From Octopus vulgaris (taxonomy: Eukaryota): 64,000 nt of DNA. Below the pieces are notes generated by a model. That model had not been told where the DNA came from, did not search any database, and was given only the letters and a program-made list of their open reading frames with translations. The position numbers were made by a program, and so were the translations under genes. Location of the stretch: the NCBI GenBank assembly GCA_951406725.2, contig CATOCA020000001.1, positions 6,262,001 through 6,326,000 on the forward strand. The letters run 5' to 3'. Positions 20,561 to 34,200 of the stretch are shown here, piece by piece (within the stretch, counting starts at the first letter, position 1; each line of letters begins with the position of its first letter).

Positions 20561-21729
20561 GAATTATTCTTTTAGATCAGTATTTCTCAACGAGGATATC
20601 AGAGGAGAGTTTCAGGGAGTCGCTGGCGATGTATCGTGATGATCAAAAATCCAACCTGCTAAAATTTGGTTAGTGATTCAAACTGCAGACTCAACGCAAA
20701 ATGGTCACATTTAATTCAAAGCGTTAAAAATGGTATGAAAACAATTGGTATGAGTTCACAAAGTCCAAACGATTAATAGGGAAAAACCCTCCAGGCTACA
20801 TCCCGAAAATTCATTTCTTTGCCGAATTTCTACAATGTTTACGGCGATTCGTCTTGCTTTTTTTATTTTTCATGCAATTTACGCATGCTTGCACGCGTGG
20901 TGAACACAGTTCACGTCAAACAGCTGACTGAGTAAAGTTCACTATTCAATGCATGGGAGAAGGCCTAAACAAACACATTATCGATTTTTGCACTTGCGAG
21001 ATGAATTTCGGAACAGAAATAGCGCAGTTCAATTTTCATTCGCCTAAACTTTAAGTGACCCATGTTTGGTGGTTCTACGATTTGTTGGCTAGGAGGAGAT
21101 GTGCCGGGAAGTAAAAGACACAGACACACACACAGATACACAGATAGACACACAAGTTGAGTTTTATATATATAGATTTACGTTCATGCTTTATTCTTGT
21201 TTTCAGTAAAAAAAAAGTAAGTAAAATGAAATCATGAAAGTGTATTTGAGGAAAAATGTGTATGAATGCTTCTAAAACTGGGGTACAGGAAAAATCCTTT
21301 GATACAATACAGTTGCTTGTGGGGTCCCATCGGATTTAACGACCCAACCGGGTTTACAACCACTGCGTATTTAGGGTCTACGAAACTCATGGTTCGCTAG
21401 TTTTGTATATATATATATTACACCCCCCTCCGAGTATGGTTACAGATGTGTGTAGGAGTGCGTTTGTGTTTGTGTGTGTGAGTTTGGTGTTTTCTTTGAT
21501 ATTATTACGCGTTAAAGCTATAATATTTTTATAAATTTCTTCACACTAATTTATCGAAATTTAATTTTTTAGCTTTAAATATCCAATCATGAAAACAAAA
21601 ATATATTTGTCATGTGGAACAGGGGTGAATTTTAGTTCCTTCAGAGAATCTGCAATTTGAAGTTAATAACATTGAAATCTCTGACATTTCCTATTTTCTT
21701 CTTTTACAGATAAATCTACGCCTGGCAAT

Positions 21730-21920
21730 ATGTTTCACCACGTAGTATCATATAGACGGTCTCTTGCGTTGATACTGTGTACGATATTGTTTTTGGAGAC
21801 TCAAGCTGATTCAGATATATGCAACACATGTACTTGCAATTCACTTACAACGAGAATAAATTGTGCACATCGCAATTTACCATCGATTCCACAACCAATT
21901 CCGACGAATGTTGAATATTT
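21730..21920 (+). CDS. Exon: signal peptide + LRRNT
   Basis: Acceptor ttttacag at 21709; [64 protein letters not shown]; phase-2 donor gtaagt at 21921. Confidence 0.92.
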
Positions 21921-24900
21921 GTAAGTATTTGACACTTTCTACGTATTTTCCACATCCAATATTTTAAATTCTCATTGATTATGTTCTCAGCTAATCGCTT
22001 ATGCTGTTTATCTCACAGCTTTAAGCACAATCTTATGTTAGAGTAAAACAAATCGATATGTTACCTGCTGTGAAGTCAAATAAACTGTTACTTACCATAT
22101 TGAATTTATAATATATAACATCGCATACACAGAGATTGGATATGACTAGTATCTGACTTTGATTTCATTTGTCTGAACTTATCAAATCTTACGGTATATT
22201 CAATGAACGGACAGTATAAAAACTTTAGTGCTAAGAAAACGTGTATTCCACATAGTTATATTATATCATTAATTAGTTGAATTGTTGCTTATTATTACAG
22301 TAATATGATATAATATCAGTTGATCGTGTCACAGAATAATTGTTAATTATTGTTTGTGTTAATTTTATAATAGAATATGCAGCGAGCTATCAGAATCGTT
22401 GTGCACGCCAGACAAAATGTTGAGCGGTATTTCGTTCGTCTTTACGTTTCGATTTTAAATTCTGTCGAGGTTGACTTTGTTTTTCATTCTTTTGGAGTCG
22501 GTAAAATAAATAGCAATTTATCTCTGAGATCAATGTAAAGGACTTGTCCCTTTCCCAAAATTTCAGGTTTGTTCCTATAGAAGAAATGATTATTTTTATA
22601 ATTAAAAATGAAACAGATGGATTAAACAGCAGATAATGACGAGATCCGCTTAAATTGCCAAATTCTTAAAATACCTAAGTGAAGAAATCAAAATAGTGTT
22701 ATTTTAACAAATTATGAGGAATTTATTTTTGATAGAATGTCATCAGTAAAATTTACCCTATCATGAACACAATAAACCTTATTACAAAATTATGCAAGCT
22801 TAATTGAAGTTTCGGCTGATTGATGTATCCCCGTTCACCTGAAATCTTACGCAATTTTTAAGTAAATTATTAAAATTTAACGTCTCAAGAAATGGAATAG
22901 AATAAAAAAGAGAAATTATTTGATACATGCAATCATAACAAATACTCTGTTGCAACACATTGCTCTTCCAGGTGATTATTTCCAGTTAATTGGCTTGCAT
23001 CATTGCATTAATCACCTTAAACTTTCAGTTTTAATCAAATATTCTAATACTAAAGTGGATCAATTCATTCGATCAGATCTATTTCTCAAAACATTTGGAA
23101 CGTTTTGACAAAATGAGAAATCCTAATGTAAAATAAAGAGAAAAGTGTCAATAATGGAATTCCTAAATCTCGTATAACTCAAGATGTTGAATAGTAAAGT
23201 TGAAGTTCTGTTTAATAAGTTAGATATTTTCATCGTTCATAACTTGAGCGAGGATTGGCACAAATCATTTGACCGTCTAGCAGAATACATTGCGTTCTGA
23301 CACACGGCAATCTGACTTCAAGTCCCGCCAAGGTCAACCTTGGGTCATTCATTTCGAGATCAATAAAGAACCATAACAGTTCAATGAACAAATGCAACTA
23401 TGAGGACCTCGAATAAGACACCTTGCAGTATATTGTCCAGTTGTTTGTGATCTGAGTTAAAATCCCACACTTTTTATTTTACCGATTTTGGAGAAAGGAT
23501 CAGACAAGTTTTATAACTCCTGCAAGATCTCCAATACTTGTGAGGCAGTATTAATATTCCGTTTGAGCTGTTGCAGGTCAACCTTTACAGGAATGATGAA
23601 CAGGGATGCTATTTAGGAGATGAAGGATTTAGCATAGGTGGTTAATAATGGGAACAAACTGAGGTTTAATACAGCAAGAGTAAGGAGCAAAGGACTAAAA
23701 AAGACGAAAAAACAAAGGCAATGTATGTTGTCACATCCCTTTTTTAAATAACACCCTTAGCCAGTTAAATCACCATGTAAGGTTGTTCTCCTTTGTAGTA
23801 CATAACTCAAAATTATATCAGGGTTTCCCCACTCTACCATCACCAATTCTATTAATAAATCCCTTTCTATTTCTGTTATGTTTTCCTTCCTAGTCTATTA
23901 TTTCAGTCTTGAAGTTTTGGGGGTTTATTTATTTTTGTGAAGAACTTTTATGCATCAATTATGCAAAGGAGAGGAGTTTACTTTTGCAAAGATAAATTAC
24001 TTTTGACAGCAAAGTGTAATAACAAATAGAATGCTCATTGAGACAGAAACAAGATATTTATAAATAAAGCTGACTTCTGAGATGATAAAAATATCTTCCA
24101 CTGAAAACTGATGTTGCAACGAAGGCTTTGTAAATCTAATTCAAATCACAAATATTTTGAACATCCATTCTTTTCTCATATTTTACATGCATGTGTGTTT
24201 TTCATTCATACTTTACGTGGTGACTTAAATCTGTTTTATATCTTATATAATAAAATATACGAAAATGCAAACAGAACCTTCGTGAAGACGAAAAGAAAGC
24301 CTTACAAACTGCAAATTGACAATTTAATCATCCTAAACGAAACCGATTGGGGAAGGGTGATAGCAGTCACGGACCAAGACTACTATAAAGATAAAATATT
24401 GGAAACAGACTAATCCTGCTACAAGGAAGAACCAAGACACGCGGAGAAAGTAATAATGAATACACCCAAAATTAAGATAAATGAATACCAACGTTCGTTC
24501 ACAGATAAAGAGAAAGATTATTTATGCAGCTCTGTAATGAAAGAGAGTAATTTCTATGGATCACCCAAGATCTGCGAATGCTCCAAAATGCAAGGATCAG
24601 CATATAAAAATACTAAGACCTACTGACATCAAATTGAGACCAACAGTTGCTGGACCTTGAGCCCCAACACAACAACTGAGCCATCTTTTGGATATACTCC
24701 TCAAACCGTTGTGCCCATTAATGCCCAGCTATACCCGAGACGATATGGATTTCATCAAACACATTCCACCCACTGTCCCAGAACGTACTATACTTAAAAG
24801 ATTTGACTAATCTTTGTACAAATACATCACACTTTGGGCCTGGGAGCAATCAAACACTGGGTAGAAAAACATAGCGGACGGATGGACGAACGCTTCAAAA

Positions 24901-25264
24901 CGCATTTCCAAAGACACACGCCGGGAACTAGAAGACAACACCTTTAGATTCGATAATAAACTGTATCGACAGATAAAAGGACACCACTACGGGGACGAGG
25001 TTCACACACATACTCGCACCCAGAGGTAGATATACATATGTGTGTATATTTCTGAGTGTATATGTGTGTATGTGCTTATATGTGCATACATGTGCGTGTA
25101 TGTGTGTGGATGTGTGTGTTGGTACATAGAGAGGCGAAGCGGATACTCGAGGTTGTGCAAGTCAAGTAGGAAATAAACATGAAACGGCTGCCACATTAAG
25201 ATATTCTTCTCCTCCTGCTTCTTCTTCTTCTCCTTCTGCTTCTTCTTCTTCTTCTGCTTCTTCT

Positions 25265-25296
<32 letters not shown>

Positions 25297-28200
25297 GTTA
25301 TATTTCTTCTTCTTTTTCTTCTTCGTTATCTTTCTTCTTTTTCTTCCTTTCATTCTGAAGTCAAAGTGTTTGATATCGTATCACAAATATTTTCCAAATA
25401 ATCTATTTTACTCTTTCTCTACTGCTATAGAGATCTGCGAGGGAACAAGATTTCAACCATCAAAGAAGGAGCATTCACGGGGCTTTCGAATTTAAAGACA
25501 TTGTAAGTTCGTTCAGTTTCTTGATACTATTTTCCGAAAGTAATAATTGATGCTGATATATAAGCTCACAAATGTATAAAATTTCAGACTGCGCCAAACA
25601 AAATCAATTCGAATTTGTAGAATGAACACGATTTAGGAATATACAAAGAGAATATAAGAGAGCGAGACAATGTGAAAGAAAGAGAGAGAATTTGAGAGAG
25701 AAAGTGAACTAATAGGAAAAATATAACGTGCCTTTATTGTAGTTGCTTTGTTTCAATTCGCATCTCAATAACTCATTTTTGTTCCCCAAAAGTTTTGTTA
25801 TTTATGCATTCTATCTGTAAACCTGAAATACTTACTGTACTTGTAAGCTGGAATATTTGCCTGATACAATTAAACTGCTGATATATTTCTTGTAAGCGTG
25901 TGTTTTCTAATATTCTTGTGATAATGAAGCGATATGAAATAAATAATCTCTCTCACCACATTTCCACAAGGGTGAGTGGGAATATGTGTGATGTGAGTGT
26001 GCATACCGCATTCCGTCGTTGATACTATGAATATAAGAATGCGTATGAGTGCATTTGAATATGTTGATTTCTGATTCCGTATATTCCCTGATTTTTCAGC
26101 CATGTCTTCTCGCCCAATATTTATCGATCTATCCTTGAATTATTTCCTGATATTTTAAGAACATTTTCAGTTTCATCTTGAACGCCATAATTTTCAACGT
26201 ATCTTCTTCGTCTTCTTCTTCTTCTTCTCCTCCCTCTTCTTCTTCTTCTTCTTCTTCTTCTTCTTCTCCTTCTTCTTCTTCTTCTTCCTCTACTTCTTCT
26301 TCTTCTTCTTCTCTTCCTCTTCCTCTCTCCTGCTGCTCCTTCTCCTCCTTCTTTTTCTTTCTTCTTCTTCTTCTTCTTCTTCTTCTTCTTCTTCTTCTTC
26401 TTCTTCTTCTTCTTCTTTCTTTTCTTTTCTTCTACTTCTACTCCTCCTTCTCCTTCTTCCTCTTCTAATTTCTTTCTTCTTCTTCTTCTTCATTTTCTTC
26501 TTTAAATTCTCTTCCTCCACCACTCGCCCCTCCTCCTCTTTTTCCTCTTGTAATTCTCCTCCTCCCTCCTCTCCTGCTCGTTCTTCATTTTCTTCTTCTT
26601 TTCTTCTTCTTCTTCTTCTCCTTCTTCGTCTTCTTCTTCTTCTTCTTCTTCTTCTTCTTCCTTCTCCTTATTCTTTTTCTTCTTCTATCGCTTCTACTTA
26701 TTTCTTCTTCTTCTTCTCCTACATCCTCTTCTTCTTTTCAACTTTTTCTCTACTCCTCCTCCTTCTCCTCCTCCTTCTTCTTCTTATTCTTCTTCTTTTT
26801 CTTCTACTCCTACTTTTCCCCTTCATTGCTTCCTCCTCCTTTTTCCTCTTCCTTCTTTCTACTTCTTTTTTTCATCTTCTTTCTTTCGTCCCAATCCTCT
26901 CCGCCCCTCCTCCTCTTTTTTTCTTGTAATTCTCCTCCTCCCCTCCTCTCCCGCTTCTTTTCTTCTTCTTCTGCGTCTCCTTCTAATTCTTCTTCTTCTT
27001 CTTTTCCTCCTCCTCCTTTTTCTTTTCTTCTTCTTTCATTCTTCTACTTCTTTTTTCTTCTCCTTATACTTCTTCTTCTTCTTCTACTACTACTTTCTAC
27101 TTCTTCATCTACTTCTCCTCCAACTCCTCTTCTTCTTATATTCTTCTTTTTGTTATTCTCATCCTCCTCCTCCTTCATCTTCTTCTTCTTTTTCATCTTC
27201 TCCTACTTATTCTTCCCCATTCATTCTCCTCCTCCTCCTTCTTCCTCCTCCTCCTCCTTCTTCTTCTTCTTTTACTCCTTTTCTCTTCTCTACTTCTTCT
27301 CTTTTACCATCCTTCTCCTCCTTCTTTCCTCCTCTTCCTTCTTCCTCTTCTTTTTCTTCTCTTCTCTTCTTCCTCTCTTCTTCTTCTTCTTCTTCTTCTT
27401 CTTCTTCTTCTTCTTCTTCTTCTTCTTCTTCTTTCCTTCTTCTTCTTCCTTTTCTTCTTCGTTATCTTTCTTCTTTTTCTTCCTTTCATTCTCAAGTCAC
27501 AGTGTTTGATGTTGTATCACAAATATTTTCCATATAATCTATTTTACTCTTTCTTTACTGCTATAGATATCTTGGTTACAACAACATTGCAACCATCAAA
27601 GAAGGAGCATTCACGGGGCTTTCAAATTTAAACATATTGTAAGTTCGTTCAGTTTCTTGATACTATTTTCCGAAAGTAATAATTGATGCTGATATATAAG
27701 CTCACAAATGTATAATATTTCAGACTGCATCGAAAAAATCAATTCAAATTTGTAGAATGAACACGATTTAGGAAGATACAAAGAGAGTATGAGAGATTGA
27801 GACAATGTGAAAGAAAGAGAGAGAATTTGAGAGAGAAAGTGAAATAATAGGAAAAATATAATGTTCCTTTATTGTAGTTGCTTTGTTTCAATTCGCATCT
27901 CAATAACTCATTTTTGTTCCCCAAATTTCAATGATTTTGATATGAATTTGTATTAGAAATGGTAACGTTTGTTAGTTTACATGTTTGCATCAAATATATT
28001 TTAGCTGAAGTATATGTGTATGTTCATATATAAGTGTAGTTCTGTGTGAAATGTGACTATATTTTTCCTTTATTTTATATTTTACATCCTCCTCCATTTC
28101 TTATTTCAATATTCTCCTTCGTGTTTCGATATTATCATTCAAATTCGAATTTTGTCATTCACTTCCCGTTATTTATGTAATAGAGCAACTGAAGTGGAAG

Positions 28201-31200
28201 CGGAAAATATATATTCGAATAATATAGTCACATACATTCTATCTGTAAACCTGAAATACTTACTGTACTTGTAAGCTGGAATATTTGGCCTGATACAATT
28301 AAACTGCTGATATATTTCTTGTAAGCGTGTGTTTTCTAATATTCTTGTGACAATGAAGCGATATGAAATAAATAATCTCTCTCACCATATTTCCACAAGG
28401 GTGAGTGGGAATATGTGTGATGTGAGTGTGCATACCGCATTCCGTCGTTGATACTATGAATATAAGAATGCGTATGAGTGCATTTGAATATGTTGATTTC
28501 TGATTCCGTATATTCCCTGATTTTTCAGCCATGTCTTCTCGCCCAAAATTTTCATTCTATCCTTGAATTATTTCCTGATATTTCGAAAATATTTTCAGTT
28601 TCATCTTGAACACCATGATTTTCAATGTGTCTTCTTCTTCTTCTTCTTCTTCTTCTTCTTCTTCTTCTTCTTCTTCTTCTTCTTCTTCTTCTTCTCCTTC
28701 TTCTTTTTGTTCTTTTTCTTATTCTACTTCTTCTCTGCCTTTTTCATCATCTTTTTGTCATTTCGTCTTCTGCCTCCTCCTTCTTCTTCTTCTTCTTCTT
28801 CTTCTTCTTCTTTTCCTTCTTCTTCTTCTTCTTCTTCTTTTTCTTTTCTTTCTTCCACTTCTACTTCATCTTCTTCTTCCTCTTCTCTTCTTTTCTTTTT
28901 CTTCTATTTCTCCTCCTTCTCCTGGTCCTCCTCCTCCTCCTCCTCCTCCTCCTCCTTCCTCTTCTAATATTTTTCTTATTATTATTCTTCATTTTCTTCT
29001 TTAAATTCTCTTCCCCCTCCACTCCGCCCCTCCTCCTCCTATTTCTTCTTGTAATTCTCTTCCTCCCCCTCCTCTCCTGCTCCTTTTTCTTCTTTCTTCT
29101 TTTTCTTCTTCGTCTTCTTCTTCTTCTTCCCCTTCTTCTTCTACTTCTACTCTCAACTTCTTCTTCTACCCTTCCTCCTCCTCCTCCTTCTTCTTCTTCT
29201 TATTCTTATTCTTTTTCTTCTACATCTACTTTTTCCCTATCATCCTCTTCCTCCTCCTTTTCCTCTTCTTCTTCTTCTTCTTTTTTTTCATCTTCTTTTT
29301 TCTACCCAATCCTCCGCTCCTCCTCCTTTTTTTCTTCTTGTATTCTCCTCCTCCTTCCACTCCTGCTCCTTTTCTTCTTCTTCTCTTCTTCTTCTAATTC
29401 TTCTTCTTCTTTTCCTCCTCCTCCTTCTTTTTCTTTTCTTCTTCTCATTCTTCTATTTCTTTTCTTCTTATATTCTTCTTCTTCTTTCTACTTCTCTACT
29501 TCTCCTCCTACCCCTCTTCTTCTTCTTATATTCTTCTTTTTGTTATTCTCATCCTCCTCCTCCTCCTCCTTCATCTTCTTCTTCTTTTTCATCTTCTCCT
29601 ACTTATTCTCCCCTTCTTCCTCCTCCTCCTCCTCCTCCTTCTTCTTCTTCTTCTTCTTCTTCTTCTTCTCTTCTTCTCCCTCTTCCTCCTCCTCTTCTCT
29701 TCTTAACTTCTGTTTTTGTTATTCTCTTTCTCCTTCTCCTCCTCCTCCTTCTTCTTCTTCTTCTTCTTAGTGCTTCTACTTCAACTTCTACGTCTTCTTC
29801 TTCTTCTTGTTCTTCCATTCCTTCTTCTCTTCAATTCTTCTTCTTCCCCTCCCCCCTCCTATCCTCCTTCTTTTTCTTCTTCTTCTTCTTCTCCTCCTTC
29901 TTCTTCTCCTTCTTCTTCTCCTTTCTTCTTTCTACTTCTCCTCCTCCTCTTCCTCGTCTTTCTTATTCTTATCTTCTTCTTGTTATTCTCTTCCTCCTCC
30001 TCCTCCCCCCTTCTTCTTCTTCTTTTACTTTATCTTCTACTCCTTCTTTCCTTTTATCAGCCTCCTCCTCCTTTTTCCTCCTATTCCTTCTTGCTCTTCT
30101 TTTTCTTCTACCTCTTCTCCTTTCTTCTTCTAATTCTTCTTCGCCTCCTCCTCTTCCTTCTTCTTCTTCCTTTTCTTCTTCGTTATCTTTCTTCTTTTCT
30201 TCCTTTCATTCTCAAGTCACAGTGTTTGATGTCGTATCACAAATATTTTCCATATAATCTATTTTACTCTTTCTTTACTGCTATAGAAATCTTTGGAAGG
30301 AACAACATTTCAACCATCAAAGAAGGTACATTCACGGGGCTTTCAAATTTTAAATATTGTAAGTTCGTTCAGTTTCTTGATACTATTTTCCGAAAGTAAT
30401 AATTGATGCTGATATATAAGCTCACAATTGTATAATATTTCAGACTGAACTAAACAAAATTAATTCAAATTTGTAGAATGAACACGATTTAGGAAGATAC
30501 AAAGAGAATATGAGAGAGCGAGACAATGTGAAAGAAAGAGAGAGAATTTGAGAGAGAAAGTGAAATAATAGGAAAAATATAATGTTCCTTTATTGTAGTT
30601 GCTTTGTTTCAATTCGCATCTCAATAACTCATTTTTGTTCCACAAATTTCAATGATTTTGATATGAATTTGTATTAGAAATGGTAACGTTTGTGAGTTTA
30701 CATGTTTGCATCAAATATTTTTAGCTGAAGTATATGTGTATGTTCATATATAAGTGTAGTTCTGTGTGAAATGTGACTATATTATTCCTTTATTTTATAT
30801 TTTGCATCCTCCTCCATTTCTTATTTCAATATTCTCCTTCGTGTTTCGATATTATCATTCAACTTCGAATTTTGTCATTCAGTTCACGTTATTTATGTAA
30901 TAGAGCAACTGAAGTGGAAGCGGAAAATATATATTCGAATAATATAGTCACATACATTCTATCTGTAAACCTGAAATACTTACTGTACTTGTAAGCTGGA
31001 ATATTTGGCCTGATACAATTAAACTGCTGATATATTTCTTGTAAGCGTGTGTTTTCTAATATTCTTGTGACAATGAAGCGATATGAAATAAATAATCTCT
31101 CTCACCATATTTCCACAAGGGTGAGTGGGAATATGTGTGATGTGAGTGTGCATACCGCATTCCGTCGTTGATACTATGAATATAAGAATGCGTATGAGTG

Positions 31201-34200
31201 CATTTGAATATGTTGAATTCTGATTCCGTATATTCCCTGATTTTTCAGCCATGTCTTCTCGCCCAAAATTTATCGATCTATCCTTGAATTATTTCCTGAT
31301 ATTTTGAGAACATTTTCAGTTTCATCGTCTTCAACGCCATGATTTTCAATGTGTTCTTCTTCTTCTTCTTCTTCTTCTTCTTCTTCTTCTTCTTCTTCTT
31401 CTTCTTCTTCTTCTTCTTCTTCTTCTTCATCTTCTACTTCTTCTTCTTCCTCGTCTTCTTCTACTTCCTCTTCTTCTTCTTCTTCTTCTTCGTCTTCTTC
31501 CTCGTCCGCCTCTCCTCCTGTTCCTCCTCCTCCTTCATTTTCTTCACTTCTTCTTCTTCTTTTTCTCCTTCTTTATCTTCTTCTTCTTGTTCTTCATTTC
31601 TTCTATTCTTCTTCTTCACCTCCTCCTCCTACTTTTCTTCTTCATTTTCTCTTCCTCCTCCTCTTCTCCCCGCCTGCTCCTTTTTCTTCTTGAAATTCTC
31701 ATCCCTCCCCTCCCACTTCCCATCCTGTTCCTTTTTCTTCTCCTTCTTTTTCTCCTCCTTCTTCTTCTACCTCTTCTTCTTATTATTATTCTTCTACATC
31801 TTCTTCTTCTCCTCGTCCTCCTACTTCTTCTTCTTCAACTTTCTACTTTTCATCTCTTCTCCTCCACATCCTTCTTCTTCTTCTTTTTCTCCTTCTTCGC
31901 CTTCATCGTCCTCCTCCTATTGCCTCCGCTTCCTTCATCTTCTTTTTCGTCTTCTTTTTCTTCTCCTTCTTTTCTTCTTCTTCTTCCTTTTCTCCTTCTC
32001 TTTCTTCTACTTCTTCTTCTTTTCTTCTTGTAATTCTTCCTCCCCCTCTCCCCCTCCTCATCTTCATTCTTTTTCATCTTCTTTTACGTCTTCTTCTTCT
32101 CCTCCTTCACCTCATCCACCTTCGTCTTCCTATTACCTTCTTTTTTTGTTATTCTCTTTCTCCTTCCCCTCCTCCTCCTTCTTCATCTCCGTCTTCTTTT
32201 TCCTGCTTCTCTTCTTCTTTTTCTACTTTTTCTTCTTTTTTCACTTCTTCTCCTTTTTCTTCTCCTTCTTTTTCTTCCTCTTCTTCTTCGTTTCCTCACC
32301 CTCCTCATTCTCTTTTTAATCTTCAACAACTTCTTCTACTCTACCCACTGCTCCTCCTCCTCCCATTTTCCTCCCCCTCCTACATCTCCTTGTCCTCCAA
32401 CGTCGTTATCCTACTTCTTCTACTCCTCCTCCTCTACCTCCTCCTTCTACATCTTCTCCCCCTCCTCTTTCTCCTTGTCATCTTCTTTTCCCCTTCCTCT
32501 CCTCTCCTTCTTCTTCTTCTTCTCATCAATCTCTTTCCTGCTCCTCTTCTTCTCGTATTATTTTCCTATAATTTTGTCCCTTTTCATAAAGAACAATATT
32601 GAATATGTTATCGCAATTCACACTATGTCAATCTAACCAATATTGTTTCCTGCTTCAGATCTCTTTCCAACAATAAAATTTCAAGGATTGAAAAAGAGAT
32701 GTTTCAAAGGCCTTCAAAACTTAGAGATATTGTAAGTTCTTTCAATGTTGTCGTTTATACTTTTCTTCTTATCCTTTCCCACTTCCCATCTCCCACTTCA
32801 CTCTTCTTTTCCTACTTCTCTATGCATTTCTTCGTTTGATATCTCTAACCGTTTTTGTAGAATTGGTCCTCCAACCACGACTCAGAAATCCTCTTCTAAC
32901 TTCCTTTCATCAATTCTTCTTTCTCATATCCGCCTTCTTCTTCTCCACGCTTGTCCCTTGTCCTGCAATTCTTTTTTCTTCCTCTTGATTTTGATAGCTT
33001 CTCTTTTTCCTCTCATTCTCCTTCTTGTTCCTTTCCTCTTCTCACTACTCCTAATTCTCCCTCCTCCTTGTCAGCCTCACCCTTCCTTCTTTTCATCTTT
33101 CACTTCTTCTCTTTTCTTTCATAGTGATCTTTATCTGTTTGATTTTTTCTTTTCTTCATCTTCTCCCTCCTCCTTCATCCTCGAGGACTCAACGCGTTCT
33201 TGCTTCTGGAAAGGTGTGAGCAACCTGGAAATCCATCTGGCAGACACCTTTTGCATATGCAAATGGTCATGAATGATATTTTCCACAGACCCGGTACTAA
33301 TCTTGACCTTATGGGCTATTTGGCGAATAGTTATGCGTTGACCTTCCAAAATGGCAGCCTCAACTTGACGGACAGGCGTCTCATCAACGGCAGAAGGGGG
33401 CGACCAGATCTGGGAGCTGTTTCCACAGAATCCGACTATGTTTGAATTCACAATGCCAGCGTTTTACAAGGTCATATGATGGGGCATCATCACCATAAGT
33501 TACTTTCATTTCATCAAAAGTCTCCTGTGGTGTGTGTCCTTTCAAATACAAAAACCAAATCACTGCTCGACACTCAACAGGCACCATGTCACACTTGACT
33601 GAGTTCAAACACCTGTAAATCAAAAACCACAATTTGTGCAGAGCTGAAATTCGCCACTTCATCTATAGAGGGATAGGTAAGTGTACATGCAAAATTTCAG
33701 CTAGATCAAACAAGGGCAAGTGGGTCAGGGGCATTACTTATTGAACGCCCCTCGTACTATGTCTTTAAATTTAATATCCCCTTATTTCCATGTTTTCTCA
33801 CTCTCTAATACTGTAAATCATATTCAGTTCTCATATTCGTGTTATATTTATTTGATTCAGTCTGAACATGTCAATGACTGTCAGCTGATAATTGTCTGCA
33901 TAAAAATGTTATTCCTGAAAATATATATGTGTATGTTCATATGTATGTATGTATCTGCACTATTAATACAAGTTTTAGCTACTATTTTCTTACACATTGT
34001 TCTCTTGATTCTGTGGTGCTGTCTGGTTATGTATCCACACTTCCACCGAAATATTTTTTGTTATTGTGGTTGTTGATGATGTAATTTTTCTCTTCTTCTC
34101 TTCTTCTTCTTCTTCTTCTTCTTCTTCTTCTTCTTCTTCTTCTTCTTCTTCTTCTTCTTCTCCTACTTCTCCTCCTCCTTCTTGTTCGTTATCTTTCTGC